A stretch of DNA of 64,000 nt from Podarcis tiliguerta (lineage: Eukaryota), in assembly GCA_965153285.1 (NCBI GenBank), contig OZ229111.1, one strand, 5' to 3'. How positions within the stretch are numbered: position 1 is the first letter of the stretch; the number at the start of each line of letters is the position of its first letter. A model generated the notes under the pieces. That model did no database searches. It worked only from the letters and a program-made list of their open reading frames with translations, and was not told the origin of the DNA. Position numbers and translations under genes: made by a program. Of the stretch, positions 13,284-25,626 are shown piece by piece.

Positions 13284-13840
13284 TATAATATAATCATAAT
13301 AATTTATTATTTATACCCCGCCCATCTGGGCAGCTTCCAACAAAATATTAAAATACAATAGTCTATTAAACATTAAAAGCTTCCCTAAACAGGGCTGCCT
13401 TCAGATGTCTTCTAAAAGTCTGGTAGTTGTTTTTCTCTTTGACATCTGGTGGAAGGACATTCCACACGGCGGGTGCCACTACCGAGAAGGCCCTCTGCCT
13501 GGTTCCCTGTAACTTGGCTTCTTGCAGTGAGGTAACCACTAGAAGGCCCCCGGCGCTGGACCTCAGTGTCCGGGCAGAACGATGGGGGTGGAGAAGCTCC
13601 TTCAGGTATACTGGACCGAGGCCGTTTAGGGCTTTAAAGGTCAGCACCAACACTTTGAATTGTGCTCGGAAACGTACTGGGAGCCAATGTAGGTCTTTCA
13701 AGACCAGTGTTATGTAGTCTCAGTGGCCGCTCCCAGTCACCAGTCTAGCTGCCGCATTCTGGATTAGTTGTAGTTTCTGGGTCACCTTCAAAGGTAGCCC
13801 CACATAGAGCGCATTGTAGTAGTCCAAGCGAGAGATAACT
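13284..13840 (-). mobile_element. Shorter 5'-truncated copy of the same L2-clade LINE
   Basis: ORF 13366-13701 is highly similar to the 49.4-50.3 kb copy and shares its 3' end (atttattat(t)ttataccccg). Confidence 0.9.
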
Positions 13841-13945
13841 TGAGCCCTAAAGAGCAGTTTTCCTTGGAGGAAAGCAGCGGGACAAGAGAAAGTGTGGATA
13901 AACCCTCAGTGGATACCCCAGGATTCTGGCAGTCTACAAGACTGG

Positions 13946-14253
13946 GGGCTTATCCACAGCTACTATTTCTCCTGCTCTTTCCAGACACAGGTTTGCACTC
14001 AAAAGCTCCACGTCCAAGAGTTGTTGGATCTCCGCCCCCCCCCCCTGAAGCTTTCCCTGTGAAAACCTGCTCTTCAGAACCCAGTCGGAGCAAGCATCAA
14101 TTGCAGATTGCTGTTTGCTCTGATTGAGCTTTAAAGAGTGGGTTTTTGCAAGGAATGCGATGGGGCAAAAAAAGAGAGAGCACTTGAATGCGGTGTTTTA
14201 AAGCGCAGACTGTGCCTGGAAGAAGTAGAGGTAATATAACTGTGGGTAAACCC
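13946..14253. mobile_element. Putative non-autonomous DNA element (possibly PIF/Harbinger-like); related pieces at about 13125-13905 (split by L2) and about 60670-60862
   Basis: Ends GGGCTTATCCACA / TGTGGGTAAACCC; the block aaagagc..gaaagcagc.ggacaagag.aagtgtggataa is shared by 13848-13904 and 60807-60862. Confidence 0.5.
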
Positions 14254-17200
14254 TGAGTGTTACTTTGCTTTTATGAATGGCATAGGAACTGCTACAGCAT
14301 GGCTGACCTCTAGTAACAATGGATTCATGTGGCTGGGGCCAGCAGCATAGTTACCTCCCATAGGAGCAGTGACCTGTCCCAGGACCTGCAGAACTGTTAT
14401 GGGTTTGTAAACTACCTTGCTGCTTCCACCCACAGAATTGTCTTCCTTCAAATGTTACCACACTGCAGCTATTATTATATCACAAACTGTGATATTAGGC
14501 CTGAGTGTAGCAGTTGCTTGTGGCTTCCCTCCTCCCCACTCCCATGCCACATGCCCTTCTTCCAAAGTCATTCTATACCCACTTTCCCCCTATTGTTTTG
14601 CTGCATTCAATTCCCTGAAGCATTTCTTGTAGTGACCCAAAATATCTCAATGCCAATCAAAACAAAAACATAATGTTATAGAAATATTCATACAGATTTG
14701 TATTGTTCATTTAAAAAAATCACTTATAGCTTGTAGTTTCTGCTTACTGAATTTGAATTTCTGTATGTGTGCATGTGTGTGTGTTTCAATGGCACAGAAT
14801 TCACAGTGCGCTTATCTGGGGACAGCACCCTAGCTTTTCCATGCACTGGAGCAAGCATGGATTGCAACAGTAAGGGAGATGAAAGAGCCAAATCATGTTA
14901 GCCATAGTGTATGTAGGCTAATGATTATGAAAATGCCAATTCTGTCGGAGAATTGGGTCCCTTGGATTGCTGTCTCATGCAGAATAAACCCTGGGATCTC
15001 TGTATGATTAGGGACAGCAACAGTGAATAAGGGATAATGGTGGGGGTAGATGGATACAGGCAGCAATTATTTACCAGGGCAGATAGGGCAGTCAGAAATC
15101 CCAATTCTCTTCCCCACAAATATGTAAGGGAACTGCAGAACAAATTTATCTCTCTCTGGTTTTCTGGACAGCTGATGTCATGGTTGAATGAACCAAGGGA
15201 TGTATGGACAATGGTAGCGAATGGGAAGGACATGGAAGATTTACAGAGGAGTGGGCCATTACAGAGGAGAGAGATTATTATAGTGTATTGCACTGAAAAC
15301 AATATTTTTACTCAAAGGGTTTTGTAAAGCTGGGATGTAAAGCACAGATATGGAAATGGCACAGCTAGGAATGAGGCCTATGAGTCTTGACACCAAGGCC
15401 TCTAGCCTAAAGTTCATTTACCTTGAGCGCCACACACCACATTCCTTCTCCCATCCCTTCATCCTCCTTTCACCAAGTCTATGCTAACCTGGGATTCCTG
15501 ACACCCAATGCAAGCCCCTGCATACAGTCTCCTTTGAAACCAGATGCCTTACCAGGTCTAAGGCACAGGTAGCTATGTGCATTTCCTTATGTAAAAAGTC
15601 AACATGGTACAAACAAAGCTTTCCTACACCAAAGCTAGTCAATGTAGTACCCTCCAGATGTTTTTGGGCTACAACTCCCCAAGGCAGCATTGCTAATAGT
15701 CAGGGATGATGGGAACCATAGTCCAAAAACATCTGGAGGGTACTAGATTTTTTACCCCGCCCTACCTAATTGCTTGGCCTTACATGATGAGCCTAATATT
15801 GCCAATAACCACTTTTAACAACTCCATCTGCATCAAGGCTAATTCGATTTTTGCCCCCATTCAGAAACGATTCATCAGTGTGCTGCTCTTCTCCAGCCAT
15901 AACATGATCGTTGCAGATCATCCCATGACAGGAGGCATGGACTGCAGTGTGGACTCACAATGGTTCCATATCTTCCTGTGACTCTCCACAACTTAGGACT
16001 AGATTTCAATATCTCACTGAGAAGTTAGCATAGTGGTGATTTTTCAAAACATGGTCACTTGTGCCTCCTGTCTGAAGAATAGCAAAATGCAAGAGGTATT
16101 CTGCGAATGCAGCCTGCACCCTAACTGCAATACCACCAAGTCTCTTCAAATTCCTCCTAAGGAATTTTATTCTTCTCTGACCAGCATGTACTTAGTTGAG
16201 TTGTTGTTTTTCTTATCCTGGTGTTGTCACAATTAACTGAGGCATGAAAGTAGTTAGATACCAAGGATGACTTTCCCTCTAGGTGGGAAAAAGGGCTTAG
16301 CTTAGTAGTACAACAAATTGTTTGAAGGTCTTGGATTCAATCTCTGGCATCTCTGGTTGAAGGGTCTCAGGAAACAAAAGCTGGGAAAGGCATTAGATAG
16401 ATAGGCTAGATAGACTTGACTTACTGCAACTTTGCATATTCTTATAGAATTGTAGAGTTGGAAGGGACCCAAAGGGTAATCTAGTTAAACTCCCTGCAAT
16501 GCTCCTTTTTGACATTTGTATGCAGCAAACGGCAGTTACTATGACTGTCACAGCATATTTAATTTGTGTGGAGGGCCTCCCATCGTACCAGCACCTTAGC
16601 AAGTATGGCAATACAGTATAGTTTGTTGGTACTCACAGGCTTTAGCTTTCGACTGTTCCAGGAGACAGGATATAGGTCAGTGGTGGAGTATATGCTTTGT
16701 ACATAGAATGTCCCAAATTAATTCACATGCATATGCAGTTAAAAGGATGAGGAAGCAGATGATGGGGGGAAACTTCTGCCTAAGACCTCAAAAAGCCACT
16801 TCCAATCAAAGTAAGTGAGCAAACAATACTGGGCTTCAGGTAAGCAGATGAAATCCAGACTGTTCATAGATATATATTCAACACTGGGCTGACTATTAAT
16901 GTGTATGCACCTGACAGGGCAGGACAACATTTTCTTTGTAGCCTTTCAAATCTTCTAGTTGTTAACTGGTGGTTGGGTTTTTCCAAGCACATTTTTTTAC
17001 CTTTCACCTGCCCTCTTTCCATATCTTCCATATCCACTATCCAATGTATTGCTTCTTCAGTTAGATAGTATTCAAGCCAAATAACTCACGTTTCTCAAAC
17101 AGCTACTGCTTTAAGTAGCATATAGTCATACTCAAATTATAACAAATGATTGCAGAGCTCTAAGAAACTGTAGCCGATTTTGCGTTTTCATTGTCATATT

Positions 17201-20200
17201 CGTATTCAGCACCTCAAAATCTATAAGAAACGGCTACTTTTCTCTCAGAGGCATGACTTTTGTCAAAAATTGTTATGCAGTGTTATCAGCCTATGAACTC
17301 TTCTGCCTCTTTGGCTGCAGGAACTGAGCGAAAGGAGATGAGAGGCAATACTGAGAGTGCCTTTCATTATCCAAGACCTCAAGAGCCGTGACAAAAAGAT
17401 GAGTAGAAAGAGAACACTTGGTTTCCCACCAATGATAGAGGAAGTGAATTTGGAATTTCAACAGTAACAATATCAGGTTGCAGTCCTTCTTATAGTGGTC
17501 CTGTAGGTGCAAACTTTCTTTAAAAGTTTTGGCAGGGTTTTTTGTTTTTGTTTTAATAAAAAGAGGTGTGTATGTTCTAATTTCTTCAAATCTAAAGCAA
17601 TAATCAATGGCAGTTAGTACAGCAAAAAATAATAATGGAAATTTGCATTGAAGAGAAAGTCCGTTTGCCCTTCTGGCATGGGCGGCTTTGCAGACAGGCC
17701 CCAATATGCTCTTGTGAACCAGCATATGGCAGGCCGGATTGTTCTCTGCTGCCAAATTGACCAATGGTGGCAGGGCCTTGTGGGTGTTCCCCTGGGCATG
17801 GGAACAACTGCCCAATGGAGGCACTTGACCCTGCGCTCAGTGCCAAGATAAATAGGCAGCCTGTCAGGCCATTTGGCCTCTTCTTCCTTTTAATCAAACT
17901 GTAGGAAGATTGAGAACCTGATTTTCTATTCAAATATAGGCTGGCAAAGTAGTCTGGTGGTGCAAAGCAGCGACTGGATAATTTATTTTCCTGCGGAGCA
18001 ACTACCATGGAGATTCTTCACTTGTTTAAGCCAGCTAATTGACAAGTGACTGGCAAATACATTTTCCAACAGCTTTCATGTGAAGATTTAATTGTCTGAT
18101 CCACATCGCAGATGTGCTGAGATCAACATAAGACAAAATCAAACTAGAAAGCATTTTTGCAACCTCCATGTGCGGGGTCAAAATATTAGCATCAGTTTTT
18201 GAACCAATCATTAAGAACTGGGGTAGTTGTTAAGAACCAGTATTAATGTGACAAAGCAATGCCTGCAGCAATTCAGATTCACTTTTAGCCCAAATCGCAG
18301 AAACAGTCATGGTTCAACGAAAGTCAACATACAATTCCTTATGGAGTTGCTGGCAGACTTGCATCCTTTTGGAGATTACACAGAGGCATTGGTTTATAAA
18401 TCAGGGTCTTCTCATGGAGCCTATTCACACGCCCATAATTAACAAAGCAAGACAATTTATACTACAAGTGGGTGTGAATCTTGAATTACATGGAAATCAC
18501 ATGCTAGTGGCTTCTGCCACTCAAAAAGTGACAGAAAAAATCAGTGTGAAAGGTACATACCTGCATTATCTGTTACAATGGATGAACTTAATTAGCTTAA
18601 AATCTATGATCTGCATATTTATCATGTTCAGCAATTTTTTGCTTTTTAATAATGTCGAAGATGTTCAGGATTCTATGTGTCATTGTCACAGCAGTCACTC
18701 CAACTTATGGAAGAAGATATTTGTGTTTACAGACAACATATCCTCCCTGCATCTGTGCAGGATGAGAGCATTCTCCATGTTGGCATCCATCAGTCTCGCA
18801 AGTCAATGCAGCGCAAATCCAGGGGCGAAGTCAAACTCTGCATTAGCAGCATTGAAGTGACGTCCCTGGGGCGCAAGCCTGGGCAGTGTGTATGGATGAA
18901 TGACAAATGGTTTGTGTGAAGAGTGTTTCTACAACTTCCTGTAGGCAGACAGTGTGGTCACATCTCTACGGCACTGAAACTTTAGAGTTATTTTATCTGC
19001 TATATTATAATGTGATGAATGAACTGCAGGAATGAACTGCTTGGCTCACTTTTAAGAAAGCTGAACTTTAAAGACAAACCTAAAGTCACTGGACAGATGA
19101 GAGCCTGACATCATATCCAGATTTTGCCTGTCCTGCAAAGATCAGGCAGATTTTTGTGCATGAAACATAGCTGAATATATAGCTGAAGTGAACACTTCAT
19201 TGTAAGATGAACTCAATAATTTTTTGGCCTTGATTCTGTATTTGATCGTATTGTTTTTAAATGTAATTATAATTTTTTGTGACTTTGCAATTGTCATAAC
19301 TTTTGACACAGCTTATAAAATCTAATAAAATTTTGGTTAACATTTCTTGATCTAGATGGTTCTACTTACTAGGAGGCTGAGAAGAATGAGAAGATCACAT
19401 TGATTTTGGTGTCTTCCTTGATTCATCAGGATGGAACGATCCTTGTTGAAATGTCCAGCTCACAAAGTTTTTATTTGGTTCAATATGCATACCTGGCTTT
19501 GGAATTTTGTATCTCTGACAGAACAGTTTGATTTCAATGATCATCTTTATGCAAACGACATTCAAGTTTATCTTTCTGTTTCTGCCTTTTTGCTTTTTCT
19601 GGTTGGAACACCCAGAGACAACTTAAAAAACACTATACAGAATTTGTTGTCTTGTCCTGTAAACCTTCTGTTTCTTCATCTGACAAATAATATACTTGTC
19701 ATTCTTCCTAATTTCATTGTCTCGAGTTTTATTTTTTACTGTCCTCTTCCATTCTCAAATATCCTGTTTCTAATTCAGGCAGGTGTTATATTTTAACCTC
19801 ACCAAAATTTACACCTGTCTCTCCGTTGATGCTTTAACTTCTCAGCAACACTCTTCACAGTCTTATCCATCCTTATTTAACTTCTTTATATGTCATAATG
19901 CTCTGGATAATTATCTTATTTTGTTTCAAGTCACAGATAGCCTCGGCTATGTCTTGTCTTTGATTCTTCTCATTTGCTTCCTCCAATGAATGGAATTCTC
20001 TTTCTCCTCTTGCCCATTACACCTCTCTCTGCTTCTCAAAAAAATCACATCCTCCTCAAGACTACTGTAGTAGTCACAGTAGTATCAAAACATCAGAGTG
20101 ATTATTGTTACTTCTTCAAGTTTTGTCTGCATGCAATATTCTCCATCAGACTTACTGCTTTAATAGTAATTTTTCATTTATACATATTGTTTCTATTAAG

Positions 20201-22279
20201 CATGTTCAACTAATAAGATACAGTCAAACTGGCTGAGAAATGCATGTTTTCTCACTGAGTAAGATTATGACCATTCCAAAAGAAGAATAACACCCTTCCC
20301 CTGCTCCTAAACCCAAATTAAAACATATCACAAAAAGGACCTACCAAGAGGTTGAAAGAGCTGTCATGTTGACTTCAGTAGCAAGATGCAGTTGGAGACT
20401 GATCACACTTCTCTTATGGCTTCCACTTTGGTAACCTAAAAGCGCAGGAACCATGTGGGAGGGGTAGAATTACATGTGAAGAACCACACAAGCATCAGAG
20501 ATCGGAAATGTGTGGTGGCACTTGCATAGCTGTGCAATTCACCCCTCCCACAAGGTTCTTCCATTGGCAGAGCAATGTGAGCAAACTGACCTCGTCTCTC
20601 CCAGCACTCTGATCATTTCACATATGTTTCAGTACAACGACTGGTCTGATATTATAGTCTGAAGGAAGTATTAGTTGCTGGCTGCCATTAGGATACAGTA
20701 GTATAATCTTTCATCTGAAAAACCTATTTCAGTTACTGCCTCCTACTCACCATGGCCCTTTCAAACATTCATCTTTACTTACTGCTCTTGCTTGGGTGGA
20801 TTTGAGTACCCTCTCCTCAAATCTTCCTACATTTCTCATCCTATAGTGGCATGTTCACTACACAGTTTCTGTGGCATCAGACTGCACTGAAACCTTTACT
20901 ACAGAGTCTATCCCCACTGATAAAACTGGCAGAGTTTTATATCTTTCCCCTTCTCCCCACACTAAACTTGCAGAATCCAAGGACCCTTTCAAGTGAGAGT
21001 GAGCTTTTCAATATCTGTGCCATGAACCAGCAATAGAAACCCAATGGTTCAGAAGGGTGAAAGAGAGATCACACACATAACACAGAAAATGTGAGAGGGG
21101 AAGCTCTGGGTATGAGTGGTAGACTTAGGGAAGAAAAGGAGAAAGAAGATGTAGCTTGATGATCAGCTGCTGAGATGCATAAAAGGTTTAGGGTTAGAAT
21201 ATGAAGTTATGGAGGAGCAGAAGGGAAAAGCTTCTGATAGGTTAGAACTGCATTGACAGAGAAGGAGGCATGGAGCAGCAGAGAGAAGGGGGCAGAGAAA
21301 AAGGTTAGTTGCTGTTAATTCGTCTCTGGTTAAGACTAGTGAACTACCTCCCCTTAGGTTGTGTTCTTTTGTAGGAAGTTACACCGTTATGGAGGCAGAA
21401 GCACTGAAAAGGCATGGGTGTCTGTTTTAAGTTATGCAAAGAGATCAAAAGAGCCATTAGAACAACTACAAGAACTTCCCCACCTCCCTTATTCTTTTAT
21501 GGGCAGCCGGAAGGGCATGAGAGAGCAATCCCAACTGCAGAATGAACTGCAACCCATAGGCAAGTTGGTGGATGGAGCCCAAGACTTGAGTCTAACTTTT
21601 ACCCAGAAGGAGCTCTACCTGGGCATGTGTTCTGTTGCTAGCCTGTGCATGTGTAAGAGGTAATGAGTATAGTCCTGCACTTCTAGGCTCTTGTTAACTG
21701 GCAGCTGAAGGTGAATACTGCCTGTCTTGCACAAAAGTCTGAACTAATAAACTGGAGCTTGAACCATAATAAAACTCTGTGAAGACCCTCATAATACAAG
21801 CCCAATTCTACCAGTTTCAATTCATTTCCAGATAGACGTCAAGTGTCAAGCACACTAACACCTACAAGTCATGTGCCATGTGTTCTAATCCGGACAATGA
21901 TTCCCACAAGCTCAAATGGCAGGTTGGTGACTTAGCAGGCTTAACATGGGTACCATACCCTAGTGTACTGAAAAAGGACCATCATTCAAAATCCTATTTT
22001 TCATTATTCAGTATTGTTTCCTAAATTTATGCTTCAGTACTAAATTGCGTTATCAGCTGCTGCCATATGAATGCAGCACCAAGTGGTCATGCCTATGCCA
22101 TGGTTACAGAAAGTGGTGTAGATCAAAAGTGATCTCTAGGATACACACAACAGAAAAACTTCAGTTATGAAAAAAATGCATAGCAAGTGAGCACTCTAAT
22201 TGCATACTTGTTAAATACTGAATCAAATGCTCAGAACGAGCTTTATAAATCATTATCAGCACCAAACTAGATGTGATGT

Positions 22280-22900
22280 TATTTCTTTTATTTATTATTT
22301 ATTAATTAAATTTATACCCTGCCCTTCCTTTCAAAGAAGCCCAAGGCAGTGAACCACAAGGGATAGAATAATAAAACCATCTTTAAAACAATTCAAGTAC
22401 AGATGCAGACTGGTAAAGATCTCATCTTAAAAGGCCCGATGAAAGAGGAAGATCTTCGTTAGGTGCACCTATCTACTATTTAAGGAAAGGGAATTCCAAA
22501 TGGTACAGGATGGACCTTCTGAGGAGGCCCTCACCTGCAAAGGTATCTAAGGTGTAAGACAATCTTTTGGGTATCTGGTCCCATGCTGTATAGGTCTTTA
22601 TACAGCAAAACCAGCAACACAAACAGCCTGGTAGCTAAGCACCAGATTTTGCAGCAGCTGCAGCTTCTGGACCAACCCCAAAGGCAAGCGCACTGAAGTA
22701 AGTAATCCAGCCTGGAGGTCAGGATATTCTGATCCAGAAATGGCTGTAGCTGTCTTACCAGTTGAAGCTTATCCAGCTCCTAGACCAGGTATCAATCTAT
22801 AGCTTGCACAGTCTCTCCTGATGTTACAGAGCAGAGCTGGGTAGCATCAGCATACTGATGCCACCTTACCCCAAATCTCCTAATGGCCACTTGTGTACCA
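22280..22900 (-). mobile_element. Old degraded L2 LINE fragment
   Basis: tttattattt..tttataccctgccctt 3' end and L2-like internal segments; boundaries approximate. Confidence 0.55.
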
Positions 22901-24428
22901 AGGTGCAGAACAGGCTCCACAAAGCCTGGGAGGACACTCAGGGGCAACTAGGAACCCATATCCTTGGGTGGGGTGGCAAACAGGACCATGGGGTAAATTG
23001 CATTGTCCTCGCCTTCCTTGGTGACCTATCACTTTTCCATGGCTTTATCTCCCTCACTGAAACTGAAGGTGACTTTGTCTTATCATTGCATAGGCTCTCA
23101 TCATGTGCAGGAAACCACACATGCATTCTGGTCCCTTAACACTATCCAATGTCTCCAGGATGCAGTGGGGTGGGGTTAGATGGGGGCACTTTCTTACTAT
23201 CTTGTTTACATTTAATTTCCTGCTGTTTTGAAATATTGTTAAATTTATCTGGAATTTATCCAGATAATCTAAACCCAGATACAAGGAAATTAACTCATCC
23301 CTGCAAATTACCTCATGGAGTCTGAATAACGTGCTTCTGCCCTTGTGCTACCCCCACATTTCACATTACTTACAGGAGGTTGATCAGGAAATCCTGGGAG
23401 AGCTCTGTTCATGCCGTGAAAGACACCAGGGGATTTTGGGTCCCAGATACTGCTGAACATGTGAGGTGCATTCAAGAAAGTTGGGAACCACAGAAACTTC
23501 ATCTCATTGGGGGGATTTTGTCTGAAATGGATGAGTGTGGGCAAACTTCTAGTTATATGCTACATTGTTCACCTGCATATATGGGCAGTTCAAGTGCTTC
23601 ATATGCTTTCAACTAATGGCTATAACATCAATTTTCTCTGCAGTGTTCCCTATATTGACACCGAAAAGCTCATCAACAGTCATATGTACTATGCTGCAAC
23701 CTACCCCTGCAATGTGGTTAACTGGTCAGAGATTCAGGAGCTCCACTACAGTGTTATGGGTCAAAGGGAAAGGTTGCCCAGGTAGAGGAAAACTGATGAA
23801 TAGATGCACAAGGCCTTGCATTTTACTTATTTAGAAAATATTTCAATCCAATGGCATCAGTTCTTTCTGGAGAGTGCAGGTAATGGTGACTAATATCATT
23901 TTGACTCCCCGCACTAGAAGCGGACACACTGGCCTGATCAAAAGTACTCATAGCGCCATTAAATGTGTTTTGGATCTTTGGTCTCTCTTCCCCTTCCGGC
24001 TTTGTTCTTCCCAGTTCATTTGGGGTATCTGTATTGGCTGGATAGTTTCAGAGCAATCACAGCTGTTTAAATTGTTTGGGGGGCGGCGGCAAAGGGAATG
24101 GGAGGTGAAACATTTTAAAAGCAATGTCTCTTCTGCTAGATGCAGGAGGACAGGGTGGTGGCACTTTGATGGAGGATTTTGAGTAGGATCATGCACCTTG
24201 GAGTTGTTTCTTACCCACCCAACATTTATTGGCCATAATGGAGTCTCTGAAACATGAAACGCTAACGGTACTGAACGGACACACTGTTACTGCTCAAGAA
24301 ATTGTATTGAGAAGGGGGAAGAAATGTACAAAAATTATAGCTTTTGTATTTTTGTTGTTGAAAAAAAAATAATTAAAAATGAAGCTAACTTGAAATATGC
24401 CTTGTTTATTTCTTAAAAATTATTCTAC

Positions 24429-24525
24429 CTTATAAGCAACACGGGCAGGGCATTTCTTCCCTAGCCCCAGGGGTGGAGACATGTGTCTCAGCATCTCATA
24501 CATGTCCATGAAAGTCATCCGGCCC
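24429..24525 (-). CDS. CACNA1A: CACNA1A mutually exclusive exon 37b (EFb: (W)[32 protein letters not shown])
   Basis: ttttgctcccag|G GGC CGG...TAT AAG|gtagaa; 97 nt, paralogous to 37a. Confidence 0.96.
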
Positions 24526-24527
24526 CT

Positions 24528-24708
24528 GGGAGCAAAAAATTAAAAATAAAAACAACCAAAAAAAATTAATAATAATTAAAAAAGGAAAAAATACACAGAA
24601 AAATAGAAAAGAGAGAGAGATGCAAAGAAGAGAAAAATATTGGAAATCAATTGGAAAAGAAAAAAATGGAAGATAAAAATGTAAAGATTACTGTGCTGCT
24701 TGTCAGCC
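24528..24708 (-). promoter_or_regulatory. Extended polypyrimidine/AG-exclusion zone and candidate distant branch point of exon 37b
   Basis: No AG on minus strand from 24690 to 24528 (163 nt); GGCTGAC at 24708-24702. Confidence 0.6.
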
Positions 24709-25464
24709 AAGAGTTCAAATATGCTTGATCTTCATGAAGCGACTGGGAGTAGAAAGATGGCTCCTCAAACTGGCTGTGATCCAGCAAAATGCTTAAGTGC
24801 AAGCTCCGTACTTACAGAGCTAGCGTTCCCATTGCAAGAGGGACAGGTTTAACTTAAGCATGTGCCTCCATCTAGTTTACTCAGCCTCAGGTTATAAATG
24901 CAGACCACAATCCTCCATGGGCTTATAGGGCCAAGGAGTGCAGAGTCAGGTCCTCTTAGTAATGAAGATCCACAGAAAGAAGGAGAGAAAGAGAAAGACA
25001 GATTGAGATGAGAAAGCCCCTCTTTGCCAATGTGGGAGGAGGGCAGAGTGCAGGAAGAGAAGGTGGAGGGAAAGGGGGGTGGAAAGAAGTGGGGAGGGGA
25101 GGGGGGGAAATGGCAGAGGTGTCAATGGAGTCTCTGTCCTCCCCAAATGAAGTATTAATGTGCAGAGAGTGGTGGAGGTGAGTAGAGAGAGAGAGACTCA
25201 TAGAACCCTCCAGGCCTAGCTCCAGCTAACAGCAAGCAGAGATGGTTCAAGGTAACCGGTATGCTCCATGCGTTACTGGTCTGGGTGGCAGCATCATTTC
25301 ACGCATTCTGTTGGCTAATTACATTAAATTACTCTTGAAAGTGCAATATATATAGATAGGTATGTGTACAGATATATATAGATATATATATATGAAATAT
25401 ATATATTAAAGAAATCATAAGCAACATTCATTCCGTTGATGCTAGCAGGTTTTAGTGTAAGTCA

Positions 25465-25626
<162 letters not shown>

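Noticed and set aside
17200-17225. TTCAGCACC as a REST/RE1 site (also near 53568)
   Set aside because: Only the left half-site is present; the GGACAG right half is missing.
19431-19796. ORF containing LYANDIQVYLS
   Set aside because: Resembles a decayed YADD RT motif of an ancient L2 relic on the plus strand; not a functional gene.
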